Positions 25,404 to 25,598 of a DNA stretch of 25,598 bases are shown piece by piece (position 1 is the first letter of the stretch; each line of letters starts with the position of its first letter). The position numbers and the translations under genes are program-made. Under the pieces are notes generated by a model. That model was not told the DNA's origin and searched no databases. It saw only the letters and a program-made list of their open reading frames with translations. Origin of the DNA: a virus (lineage: Duplodnaviria; Caudoviricetes). The stretch lies in the IMG/VR virus record IMGVR_UViG_3300017644_000128, positions 1 through 25,598 of that record; one strand, written 5' to 3'.

Positions 25404-25598
25404 ATGGAAAGGATCAAGCCAGAACGCAAACCGCCTCTGTCCTTCGTCAATCGCGGCGGCAAGCACGCATCGGGCATCGCCGTCGGCGACGAGGATCCCG
25501 ATCATAGCCCGATGGACGATCGCAGGACGGCGCCCAAAGCCGGCCAAAAGATCAAGCCAGCCGAAAAGACGCTTGGCATTCGCAGCAGTCGTCTGTGA
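25404..25598 (+). CDS. Small hydrophilic hypothetical protein (64 aa), probably a host general-stress gene
   Basis: AAGGAG RBS, ATG at 25404, TGA at window end; EcfG-type promoter upstream. Confidence 0.65.
   Translation: MERIKPERKPPLSFVNRGGKHASGIAVGDEDPDHSPMDDRRTAPKAGQKIKPAEKTLGIRSSRL

Noticed and set aside
1-25598. Integrase, att sites, holin, tRNA or rRNA genes
   Set aside because: None recognisable in the window; a holin may lie beyond the left edge.

Overview
GC-rich, alphaproteobacterial (Rhizobiales-like) window almost entirely filled by one minus-strand, P22-like podovirus late operon. Reading right to left: small and large terminase, portal, scaffold, major capsid, head-tail adaptor, tail (gp10-like) protein, GNAT-like tail-region protein, ejection (DNA-transfer) proteins, two tail-fibre modules and a GH19 endolysin. 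The core virion ORFs look open and full length, but three kinds of material are interleaved with them. (i) Polymorphic cargo genes that share a conserved N-terminal region and/or a hydrophobic C-terminal tail but carry unrelated domains (zincin-like, HhH-glycosylase-like, unknown); three of them alternate with two 97.7%-identical copies of a 115-aa gene. (ii) Morons (FkbM methyltransferase, small secreted six-Cys protein). (iii) Host-type palindromic repeats and a MITE-like element. Upstream there is a duplicated TTGACA-promoter/terminator leader (the second copy precedes a terS pseudogene), followed by a divergent small gene with a textbook EcfG promoter rather than phage early genes. No integrase, repressor, replication gene or antiterminator is visible. 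The best hypothesis (inference) is a long-resident, possibly domesticated (GTA-like) podoviral particle module with swappable virion-delivered effectors; a decaying prophage cannot be excluded from this window alone. All family assignments come from motif recognition, not database searches.
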